A DNA stretch of 52,833 nt from Planctomycetaceae bacterium UBA969 (GTDB lineage: Bacteria; Planctomycetota; Planctomycetia; Gemmatales; Gemmataceae), in assembly GCA_002303765.1 (NCBI GenBank), contig DBCB01000122.1, positions 1 through 52,833 on the forward strand, in the 5' to 3' direction. A program made the translations under genes and the position numbers. Within the stretch, counting starts at the first letter, position 1, and every line of letters begins with the position of its first letter. Positions 36,101 to 45,800 of the stretch are shown here, piece after piece. The notes below the pieces were generated by a model, which was not told the DNA's origin, ran no database searches, and saw nothing but the letters and a program-made list of their open reading frames with translations.

Positions 36101-39100
36101 TGAGATTCGTTGGCAGCAAATGAAATCTTCGATAAGCATCAGCAATGGGCCTTGCAGCTTCGCAATGAACCGCTGCAGTTTCAGTGCTTAAAGGAAACAA
36201 TCTGCAGTTCAATTGTTTGACCAATTTTTTGACTTGAGTCGCGTCTCCCCCGATGACACATTCATTTGGGCTATTAATAATTAGCAAATAAACACGGTCA
36301 AATTCGACTAACAACTGTTCAATATCTTCCGGGGATTTTTCCACCAATCCCACAAGCCAATCAGGAACCTTCCCTGGCTCCATGCCCCATGAAAGAGCGA
36401 TTGCCTGCCTTTTTCCAACAAGATCTTCCTTAAAAAGAGTCGAACCTTCCAGCGCATGCCAAAGCCCATCGCGATCAGCCCAATAACCCATTGCAACCAA
36501 TGCGGTTGATTCACCCAGACTATAACCCAGCACCAAATCTGTTTTTATACGTGCAAGCCGCATGATCTCTGCAGTGGCGCATCCAAACGAAACTTGCGCC
36601 ATGATTCGTTCATGGGGCAAAGGCTGGCGAAAAGGCCTACCCTGCCAGTAAAACTCAGGAAGCACCTGTGCTCTTAATTTGAGACTATTTTTATCGTAAA
36701 CTAGATGGCTCTGTGGCCAGCGAAGCGATAGGTCTGCACCCATCGAAGCAAAATCCGCGCCCGAACCTGGAAAAACCATGGCAACTTGCCCTTCGTTTCC
36801 AAGCGGGTTGTGATTATAAAAAACCCTGTCAGCAACAGAAGAATCAAGGGGTTCGCCCTTCAAGGTTTTGAATCCCGCCTCAATGATCAGGGGAAACTCG
36901 ATAAGATTGCAAACGACAAAAGACAATGCAAAGGGTGAATCAGCTAAAGCAAGATTCTTCTCATGCCAAGCTTTTGCCAAAGAAAGCAACGAAGTAAAAT
37001 TGCCCTCTGACGCAAATTGTTTTAAAAGAAAGAGATTAGCTTCAAGAGTAGAGGCATCTTCTGCATAAATTGCAAAAAGTGTTTCAGAGAAAGCTGATGC
37101 AGCCAGATTGGGAGTTGTTGCGCTATTTTCTAATTCAGGTTCTTCAAGCAAGATATGAAACCAAGTACCATCGCTGCCCAAAGAATTAACCCCTGCTCTG
37201 CGTGGGCCATCTTCCCTGTTTCGAAGCCAAGGAGTGGGGCTGAAATTTTCTGCTAGAAATCGTGCGTCCTCATATCTGCGATCAATTTCTGGTTGTTCAA
37301 TAGCATTTCCGGGCAACACTTTCTGGCTTAAACAAAGGCAAGCTTTTGCCAAAGATTGCAAACCTGTTGCAGCCCCCGACCAACCAAGTTGAAACCTGGA
37401 ACAATGAAGCACCGCTTGACCAGAAACCTGCCTAGGGGAAAAGAAATCGCCAAGAGCTCTGGCTTCTGCGGCGTCGTCCTGCTCTAGGCCCGAAGAATTT
37501 GATTCAAGATATTGAATGGTTGCGGGATGAATACCCGAGGAAAGATATGCACTTTCCATTGCTGTTCTACAGGCTTTATCAGATATTCCTTTAGCAATCG
37601 GGTCTTTAAAAGTGCCGATGCCCCGGAGTACCGCAAGGATGGTATCACCGGATTTTTCCGCATCTTCAAGCCTTTTTAAAACAAGGACTGCAGAGCCATC
37701 AGAAGGAAGAACACCCGTCTTCCCCAGAGCTAAAGCAGGGTTTAGAATTGCATCCGTAAGTTTGCCTTCTTTTGCAAGAGGGACAATCATGCGTGGGTCG
37801 AGACAAAAATCTACTGCCCCTACCAAGGCGCTATCGATCTGAAAAGATACCAACGAATCCCATGCAATTTCGAGAGCCCTTAACCCCGAGTTCTCATCTG
37901 CAGCAATTGTAAACGCAACACCGCCCACCCTGTATTCACGGGCGATTCTGGAAGCTGCAATACTTGCAAGTGCGCCCATGGTTCGATCTGCATTCAAGGC
38001 AGGGCCCGCAGCATCGGCATATTCAGGATTTTGATTGTTTGCAAGCCACCACCAACGCAAGTGGTAGTTTGTCGTATTTAAATCAAGGCCTACTCCGAGA
38101 AAGACTCCCATCCTTTGAAAATCAGATTCCTTGAACTTCATGGATTCAAGTGCTTCGCGTGCGGTGTCAAGAGCCAACCCCTGTTGCGGAAGCATCTGCT
38201 CAAGTTCCCTGGGCGGAATTCGAAACGCATCCAGTGGCAACTCCACTGCTTTTTTAGGCCTCCCATTTAGAGTTACATTATGGGGCAAATCCGCAGCAAT
38301 GGCTTCCGATGATTGCACATTCCAGGCATTTACAAGAGGTTCGACTTCAACTTTACCAAACCCTATCGCCCGCTGATAGAAAGGCTCTGTGCTGATATCG
38401 CCTGCGTTTCTGGCTGCAACCGAAACAACTGCAAGTGGGCCATGCTCTGCTTGAGGCTCTGCAACTTGAAGTTTCTGGCCTATCCATTCCTCGACAAGAA
38501 CATGAGCGTTGATGCCACCAAATCCAAAACCGCTAAGCGCTGCTCTGCGAGGAATATCTGCCTGTCTTCTTTCCCAAGGTTGCGCTGTTTTCAAAACCCG
38601 GAATGCAGAAGCATCCATTTTAATCGATGAAGAACAAGCTTCGAAACCTGAAGTAGGTGGAAGTTGCTGACGACTTAAACCAGCTAAAACCTTGGCAAGG
38701 CCGGCACCGCCCGCAGCAGTAAGCACATGCCCAACATTCGACTTTACAGATCCTATAACGCATTGATTAGCTTTATAGGATTCAGATTTCCATAATTCGG
38801 CCATGCTAGAAAATTCAACCCCATCGCCAACCGGGGTACCCGCAGCATGACATTCAATTAAATCGATATCCGAAGGCTTGAGGCCCGATTGCTGATATGC
38901 TGCACGCATGGCACGCAATTGGCCTTCGCTATTGGGGGCTAACAAACCGCCACCGATGTCATTCGAAAGGCCTATGCCCCTGATCACTCCAAGAATTTCA
39001 TCTCCAGCTTCAATTGCATCTTGCAAGCGCTTGAGCAAAAATATCCCTGCACCCTCGCCCACCATCAAACCATCACCACGATGATCAAACGGTCTGCAAT

Positions 39101-39857
39101 TACCCGACATAGATAAAGCCCTTAGCTGGCTGAATCCCATGTGGGTGTAAAGGCTATCCGCACCAGAAACACCCCCCGCAAGCACTGCATCCGCTCTACG
39201 ATAATAAAGGGCATCCGATGCAAGCTTAAGTGCATAAAAACTAGAAGCACAGGCTGCATCCAATGTGAAGCAAGGCCCACCAAGATTAAAAGCCTTGGCG
39301 ATAAGATTAGCGGGAAGTGCTGCAGGTTGCGATAACCATGATGGCTCAACCCCGAAGCATTCTTCGGGAACGGGCAGTCCCGCAGCTTCTGATAGAACTT
39401 TCCCCAACACTTGAAGGTTGAGTTTGCAGGTGCCTTCGGTAGGCAATGCGATATGCCCTAATATCACTCCCACACGCTGGCGATCTAGGTTTTCAATCTT
39501 CCCTTTTAAAGCTTGATTAGCAGCTTCCAAACCAAACAAACTACCAGCATCGATCTTCTGAAGCATCTCTTGGGGCAAGGGATATTTTTTGGGATTACGC
39601 TCGGGAATTTTAGCAAAAAAACCTCTGGTGGTATGAACCTTGTCGGCTTGCGCCATCGAATCAGCACGAAGGGTTGAGGGGTCTAAAACCCAACGCCCAG
39701 ATGGAACCTCACTTGAAGCATTTTGCCCTGAAGCAATAAGCTGCCAAAGAGATTCAAGGTTAGGTGAACCTGCAAAAACGCAACCAGCGCTGACGATGGC
39801 AATGGGAGAAAAAAAAGATTGATCAGGTACGCCAGGGCCGTGCTTCGTGTTGTTCAT
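33102..39857 (-). CDS. pfaC: PUFA-synthase subunit, PfaC-like with embedded acyltransferase: KS - CLF - AT - (pseudo-DH) FabA-DH - (pseudo-DH) FabA-DH
   Basis: KS: TLDAACASS (Cys203, nt 39249-39251), ECHAAGTPVGD, SNVGHVLTAAG. CLF: FTIAADENSG, with the Cys replaced. AT: LGYSLGES (Ser1113, nt 36519-36521). FabA-type DH: LTCHFVDDQVMPG (His1774) and KAHFYQDPVWPG (His2151). Confidence 0.9.
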   Translation of the reverse strand: MNNTKHGPGVPDQSFFSPIAIVSAGCVFAGSPNLESLWQLIASGQNASSEVPSGRWVLDPSTLRADSMAQADKVHTTRGFFAKIPERNPKKYPLPQEMLQKIDAGSLFGLEAANQALKGKIENLDRQRVGVILGHIALPTEGTCKLNLQVLGKVLSEAAGLPVPEECFGVEPSWLSQPAALPANLIAKAFNLGGPCFTLDAACASSFYALKLASDALYYRRADAVLAGGVSGADSLYTHMGFSQLRALSMSGNCRPFDHRGDGLMVGEGAGIFLLKRLQDAIEAGDEILGVIRGIGLSNDIGGGLLAPNSEGQLRAMRAAYQQSGLKPSDIDLIECHAAGTPVGDGVEFSSMAELWKSESYKANQCVIGSVKSNVGHVLTAAGGAGLAKVLAGLSRQQLPPTSGFEACSSSIKMDASAFRVLKTAQPWERRQADIPRRAALSGFGFGGINAHVLVEEWIGQKLQVAEPQAEHGPLAVVSVAARNAGDISTEPFYQRAIGFGKVEVEPLVNAWNVQSSEAIAADLPHNVTLNGRPKKAVELPLDAFRIPPRELEQMLPQQGLALDTAREALESMKFKESDFQRMGVFLGVGLDLNTTNYHLRWWWLANNQNPEYADAAGPALNADRTMGALASIAASRIAREYRVGGVAFTIAADENSGLRALEIAWDSLVSFQIDSALVGAVDFCLDPRMIVPLAKEGKLTDAILNPALALGKTGVLPSDGSAVLVLKRLEDAEKSGDTILAVLRGIGTFKDPIAKGISDKACRTAMESAYLSSGIHPATIQYLESNSSGLEQDDAAEARALGDFFSPRQVSGQAVLHCSRFQLGWSGAATGLQSLAKACLCLSQKVLPGNAIEQPEIDRRYEDARFLAENFSPTPWLRNREDGPRRAGVNSLGSDGTWFHILLEEPELENSATTPNLAASAFSETLFAIYAEDASTLEANLFLLKQFASEGNFTSLLSLAKAWHEKNLALADSPFALSFVVCNLIEFPLIIEAGFKTLKGEPLDSSVADRVFYNHNPLGNEGQVAMVFPGSGADFASMGADLSLRWPQSHLVYDKNSLKLRAQVLPEFYWQGRPFRQPLPHERIMAQVSFGCATAEIMRLARIKTDLVLGYSLGESTALVAMGYWADRDGLWHALEGSTLFKEDLVGKRQAIALSWGMEPGKVPDWLVGLVEKSPEDIEQLLVEFDRVYLLIINSPNECVIGGDATQVKKLVKQLNCRLFPLSTETAAVHCEAARPIADAYRRFHLLPTNLMATPYVYSASFGSAYEVTKEAASEAITGLALSTMDFNKIVETAYEDGARIFLEMGPGSSCTRIIANILKGRPHFAKSLSTMRGSQYLGFLKTIAALISERVSLDCSFLFTPTDLVSAKGNKVRLITGSTGFAFTAPSSNWISTQEVTEERIHFMENENALQLHGVEHAVNMNHSAMEAHAAYLKLSQSTLGQMTALVEFQNQMLQSVNLGDTQFDVFSEDVSDSTSSDKPFEMLLTPPRTLDRNACLHYARGNIAGVLGSMYAEIDAYPTRVRLPDEPLMLVDRILAIEGEPCSMGSGRIITEHDVLPGAWYLDHGRIPTCIAVESGQADLFLSGFLGIDHKTKGLAVYRLLDAEVTFHRSLPVEGEVIHYDIRIDRFFRHNDTYLFRFWYDATVNGEPFMAMREGCAGFFTEEALAAGKGIVISANADKKEDVISTPPLLPMVKESFSEEQLDALRSGDLAACFGAQFANLPIRDPATLPGGKMRLVHRVPLLEPEGGPAGLGRILGEADIHPDDWFLTCHFVDDQVMPGTLMYECCLHTLRIFLYRMGWVGEKSNVAFEPVPGITGKLRCRGQVTATTKKVTYEVLIRERGYRPEPYTIVDAYMYADGKNVVEIKSMSLRMTGWSKESVEAIWSGGISGAVKTPLFDNASIMAFAIGNPSEAFGDAYKVFDTERKIARLPGPPYKFLDRIMEVNCEPWKMVAGGEIVAEYDVPLDEWYFSSERQAAMPFAILLEIALQPCGWLAAYLGSALTSKDDLSFRNLGGKAVYLEPVLADAGTLSIKVKITRVSSSAGMVVQSYLFDVFCKGKSIYKGDTTFGFFSKDALANQVGVRGASLWNVEKYARVDALISAEPPFPDDFLRMLDRVEYLEQKGGANGLGYIRGIKQVNPKDWFFKAHFYQDPVWPGSLGLEAMIQLMKILATDFWPEVNTFLPIVSPEPHIWIYRGQVIPHNNTVIVEATITNRDDPSGLLVADGKLSVDGLIIYEMKDFRLKAWKS

Positions 39858-39869
39858 GCAAAACCCGGT

Positions 39870-42800
39870 CTAGATTGTGGCTGGTTTTCCGAGTCGATTT
39901 TTGCGAAAGGCTCTGGCTAGGGATGCATCTAAAACGCCTTCAACGCCTTCCAAACGCATAACCACGCCAAACACCGGATCAATCATATCAACATCTGCAA
40001 CTGCATGAAGCTCATTGGCTTTGCGAATTTCCAATACAGCTTTAAGCTTTTGGTTGAAGACTGGTTTTCGAAACAATCGAAGGCTCCCAATTCTACAAGG
40101 CAATGATCCCATGCTCTGCATCTTGGAAGTCCAAACAATCATCATTTGCAAAACCGCATCCAACCCTAATGGATCAAGAATCCAACGCTGCCTTAAAGGC
40201 TGCCTTATCCATTCGGAAGGTTCAGGAGCGCCCTTCACCCAGCATGTGATCCCGCGTTCGCCACAGCTTTCAACATTTTCCAAACAATGCATCATCTTGC
40301 CATGAAAAAGAACATCGCGGTAAAGATCATCAATCAAGTATTCGACCTTGGGGGCAGTGATCGATCGAAGATTTGCAGGAGAACCAGGCAGTGCTTCAAC
40401 TAAAAGAATGTCTGCCTTAGCGTGCAATACATCTTTACCGTTATTACGAAAACTTCGGGCTTCCACAGGAATAATAAGGCCATTAGCAGTTGCCCGCGGA
40501 ACGCCGGAAAGATAACGCAATTGCAATGGTTCGGGCTGATCACAAATCACACCATGCAAAATTCTAAAGTCATCACAGCCATGAAATTGATAACCCGGAT
40601 TCTCGTGCAAGGCTGCATGCGCAAGCCATTCCAGCATAATTGCCATCGGCAACACAGGTCTGCCATCAATCACATGATGCTCAAGGAAAGGATGCTCTAA
40701 AAGATCCAGTCTGCGTTCAAAAGTAAGAAGCGCAGGAACTTCTGATTTTAGTTTTGCGGGAACTTCTTCACGTGGGATAGAAGAACCTTTAGCAAGCACA
40801 CTAACTTCAACAGAAGAATTATTTGCGAGTAATTCACACGCAAGCAAAGCTGCCCCTTCCTTCAGAGGAATCAGGCCAATGCCTTCCTTGAGGAAAAGTT
40901 TTTTCAAGCCCTCGCCTACCATGCCGCCTTCCCATGGGCCCCAGTTAAAGGAAACCACACGAGTGTTTTTCAACAACCGAGAGTACTTCTGCGCCATCTT
41001 GTTGAGTACTTCATTCGCCATGGCGTAATCAACCTGACCGGTTCTGCCAAAGCGGGCCGTAGTGCTAGAAAACATCGCCAAGAAATTAAGCTTACGAACA
41101 TCAATACTAGAAAGTATATTTTGCAATCCAGTGACCTTGGTTGCAAAAACGCGCTGGAATTGTTCAGCAGTCTTATCTTCAATCAAGGCATCTGCCAAAA
41201 CCCCTGCACCATGAATAATGCCACACACAGGCCCCAACTCAGTCTGAACTTCAGCAAGAATTTGGGCAACGGAACCTGCATCGCGAATATCTACCGAGCG
41301 ATAAAGCACCTTAGAACAACTAGCACTAAGCTTTTCCAAGTTCGTTCTTACTTCGCGATTCGCAAGTATCTGTTTGCACTGTTCGCCGATGGCTTTGGGT
41401 GAAAGGGATGCGCCAGATCGGGCTGCAAGTTCTTTCTTAATTTCCATTTCGGAATTCAACTTCATGAGCCAATCGGGCTCATTGGTAGGTTCAGGGCTTC
41501 TGCCCAAAACTAAAATTGAAGGTGCATGAAGATCAGCAATCGCCTGGGCACATGCTGCGGTAACACCCCGGGCCCCTCCGGTAACCAACACTAACTTGCC
41601 TTCAAGGTTTGATTCAGTCTGGGAAAGTTCGACATCCGTAACATCAAGTTGGATGGTTCTTCTGCCCGAAGAATTGATAGCTACTTCAATTGGCCCATGA
41701 AACAAAATTTCGTCTGCGATTTTCTCTGCTGCATCACTGATACCAATGCGAGGATCAATATCGATGGCACGGGAACGGATAAGCGGCCATTCGCGGGCTG
41801 CAGTTTTCACAAGACCAAGCAAACCAGCATCCAGAGGATTGCGATCATCTGCAAATGATTCAAAACCCAAGGCGCCATCAAGCCTCGTAACAGCAAAAAG
41901 GATGGATCCTGAAGATGAAGATTCCGAGCGCAATGCTTTGCCAACCGATTGCACAGCCATTAAAGATTTCAAAAGAAAATCTTCATTTGAATGCAAAGGA
42001 GAAGAAAGGATAATGAGCCCACCCAATCGATCCCAAGATGCATTAATTACTTCATTCAATCCAATTTTTTCAGCTTTGAATCCACGTTTGATAATAGCAT
42101 TACAAACTTCGATCGATAATTCTGCATCTGAACCTGTGACGAGTATTTGTTTGTCAATACTGAAGGTCCCGTGGTTGCCAGCCACCTTAGCCAACCTAGG
42201 AACCAACCGGTCAAGCCCGGTAGGAATCGAAGGCTGGCTGAATGATTTTTTTGCGGGGGGTGCCTCGTGTGCCGTTTCTTTTTGCTGAACACCTCCACCA
42301 TCAAGATGATTCAAAACCTCGCGAAGTGTATTTAAAGTCCCCAAGTGTTCGGGCTTTACAATCGGAGCTTCGGGCAACTTTTCCTGAATTGCTGCTAGTA
42401 TTTCCACCCGCTTGATCGAATCAATTCCCAAATCAGCATCCAACGCCATGTCGAGTTCCAACATTTCCGTTGGGTAGCCAGTCTTCTCAGAAACAACCTG
42501 AATTAAAACAGATTCCGCTGAGCTTGTTTTTCTCACCACAACAGGCGCAACAGCAACAACTACTGGTGCACTATTTTTAACTTCAACTTTAATTTCATCA
42601 ACTTTGGAGCCCAGAAGAAATTCCGCAACTTGGCGCAGCGTGTTGAGAGAGCCTAGATGTTCTGGCTTAACGATTGGCGCTTCGGGCAACCTCTCTTGAA
42701 TTGCTGCCAAGATTTCGACTCGCTTGATGGAATCGATGCCAAGGTCTGCATCCAAAGCCATATCGAGTTCAAGCATTTCGGTAGGATAGCCAGTTTTTTC

Positions 42801-45800
42801 AGAAACCACCATCATCAAAACCGAAGCGATGGACCCAATTGGAGGAGGGTTTTGGGCAGATAAAACCGAAGTCGCAACAGGTGCAGCAACCACGGGCGCA
42901 GCAACCACAGGCGCAGCAACAACTGGTTCAGGTGCGGGCTGGGTTCTTACAATCGCAGGGGTAGGAACGGGTTGCGTTCTTACAACCGCAGGTGCAGCAA
43001 CCGTAGGCGCTTTGTAAGGTGCAACAGGTTTTGCTACAGGAGCAGAAACTGTTTCTTTGACAAAGGAAGTTTGAGGTGCAGGGGTGTTTGAAACAACTGG
43101 TTGAACTTTTTCTTCGAATTTGAGTTGAGGCATCGCAGTGTTCAAACCCAATGAGGCTTGCAAAACAATTTGCTGCTGTTGGATAAGAGCATGCAGATTT
43201 CGCTGCGCAGATTCCTGACCTTCCAGAAACATCTTGTGAATCTGAGAGGATTGTTCTTGCAATTTTTGCAGCATATCGAGGCTTGCTTTAGTTACATCAA
43301 GCACACGACCTATGCCTTCTGAATTAATATTTCTATTTGACATCGGTACGGATTTCACTTCCTGATTTACTTGCGGGGTCATGGTTGGGGTTATAATTTT
43401 CGGATTTTCAAGCGGTCTTGAAGAACTTAATGGAGATACAACTTTTGTTTCAATCACTTTTTCTGCAACAACTTTAACTGGAGCAACTAACACTGGCGCA
43501 ACTTTAGCAACACTTGGCGTCTTGGGCTCCACTTTATCCGTTTTGGTACGAACATAATTAGCACCGGTCAACGCAACAGTGAATCCTGGTTTTTCAACAG
43601 GCGCATCAACAAAGCCCTTATCCCACTGGGCAAGATCTACCTTAAGGCCCAATGCGCTAAGCTTGCATAACAATGCTGCGAGATCGTACTCGCCTGCTTT
43701 CTTACCTTGGCTAGCATCAAGCGAAATCGCATTATGCTTTTGGCCCTTAAGTATTTCAGATACCAAGCCAGTTAGTCTGCCACCAGGCCCGATTTCAACA
43801 AACGTGGTTGCCCCATCGCGGTGCATAGCAGAAATCATTTGACTGAATTCAACACTTTTCGCCAACTGGCCTGCAAGAATTTTATTCGCAGCAACATTTT
43901 CCGTTGGATAAACAGAGGCAGTCGAGTTTGCGTAAACAGGCACCTTGGTTGAATTCCACTGAATGTTCGATTGGATAAACTTAAGGAAAGGCTGCTCAGC
44001 ATTGGCGACCATCGGGCTGTGGAATGCGCCACCAACCTGAAGCTTCTTCGCTTTAAATCCGTTGGCTGCAAGAACTTTTTCTGCAAGATCAATCTGATCA
44101 ATCGGCCCTGCATAAACAATTTGGTTCAAAGTGTTTCGGTTGGCAGGAACTAAAGAAATGCCATTGGCTTGAAACAAGGCTGCAACATCTTTTTCAGGAG
44201 CGAGCACTGCAATCATGCCACCATTTCCGGTAGAGGCATGAGCCATGCATTTGCCACGTTGGAATGCGAGGTCAAGAAACTGCTCATCGGTGAAAGCCCC
44301 TGCACAAGCGAGCGCAGCAAGTTCACCAAAGCTATGCCCGGCTGTTAAATCGGGAGTCAAGCCAAAGCGACTAAGAACCTTCATTGCACCCAGTTCAATC
44401 ACGCCCAATGCAGGTTGTGCATTCAGGGTGTCCTGCAAGCGTAAAAGATCCTGCTCTGCCTCTTTAGGATCGAAGGTGGTCTGAGGATAAATCAGATCGA
44501 CCAGCAATGTTGCTTCTGCTTGATTTTTTAGTTGTAGTGCATGGGCCTTTTCGAAGACATCCAGCATTTCGGGGAACATACAGGAAAGATCAAGAAGCAT
44601 TCCTGGGTACTGTGCGCCCTGACCACTGAAAAGAAAAGCGAGTTTGCCCGAGTGTTGCCCCTGCTCGATGAAAATACCTGGGGGAAGAGGTTTATCTTTC
44701 TGAAACTGCGCCAAAGACTCACGAGTTTTTTGCAATACTTGAGCGATATCGGATTCGCCCTTGCGGGTAATCACTAACAAGCGCCAATCCATGCGGTGAT
44801 CAAAACTCGAACGCGACTTAAAGCAATCTCTGCGCCATTGCTCCCACTTGGGTTGAGCATTCAAGGCATCGAGTTTTTGCATCAGTTCGTTTTTGGAAGC
44901 AGAGCAAATCGAAAGAATCTGTGTATTACCATCCCAATCAGGTTGCGATTTTGTCTTCTGATATTCTTCGAGTACACAATGAAAATTACTGCCACCAAAA
45001 CCAAAAGCACTGACAGCGGCCCTGCGTGGATGATTGGGGTTTGAAATCCAAGGGCGCTTTTGGCCAGAGAAATAGAAGGGGCCTTTGCCACGGTTCATGC
45101 CTTCAAGAGGCTTTCGCACTTTGATGCTAGGGGGCAAGACTTTATTGTAAAGAGCAGCAGCAGCCTTAAGCAAACCAGCAGCGCCCGCAGCAGCTTTCGT
45201 ATGCCCGATCTGAGATTTGATAGACCCAACTGCACACCAGGAACCTTTCTTGCCTGACTCTTGAAACACTTTTAAGAGGGAGGAAAGTTCGGTCGCATCA
45301 CCGACCTTGGTGCCGGTGCCATGGGCTTCAACCATATCGATGGAATCGGGGGAAATTCCTGCTTCTTGGTAGGCAGCTCGCAGTGCGTTCATCTGGCCTT
45401 CAGCGCGGGGGGCATAAACAGCGCCACCCTTTCCGTCGCTTGAAGTACCAACCGAACGAAGTACTGCAATAATGTTGTCGCCAGCTTTTTCAGCATCAGA
45501 AAGTCGTTTAAGAACAAAAAGGCCAAGGCCTTCGCCAAGTACGGTGCCATCGCCCTCTGCATCGAAGGGGCGTGAATGGCCTGTGGGAGAAAGAGCGGGA
45601 GTTTTGCTGAAACACATGAACATGAAAATATCGTTGAAGGTATCAACCCCGCCCGAAATAACCATATCGGATCGATGCGACCAAAGCTCTAGTGCTGCAA
45701 GATGCAAAGCACCAAGCGAGCTAGCACACGCAGCATCGACAACGCAGTTGGTGCCACCGAAATCAAAGCGGTTTGCAATTCTACCAGCGACAACATTCCC

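Noticed and set aside
41746-42288. 180-aa plus-strand ORF
   Set aside because: It lies entirely antisense within pfaA, has a low-complexity S/A/R-rich composition and no recognisable motifs. It is a typical shadow ORF of a long gene.
42315-43028. Regularly spaced repeats that could be mistaken for a CRISPR array or a minisatellite
   Set aside because: The repeats are in frame inside pfaA and encode the two ACP domains and the Pro/Ala/Val linker. There are no cas genes and no repeat-spacer architecture.
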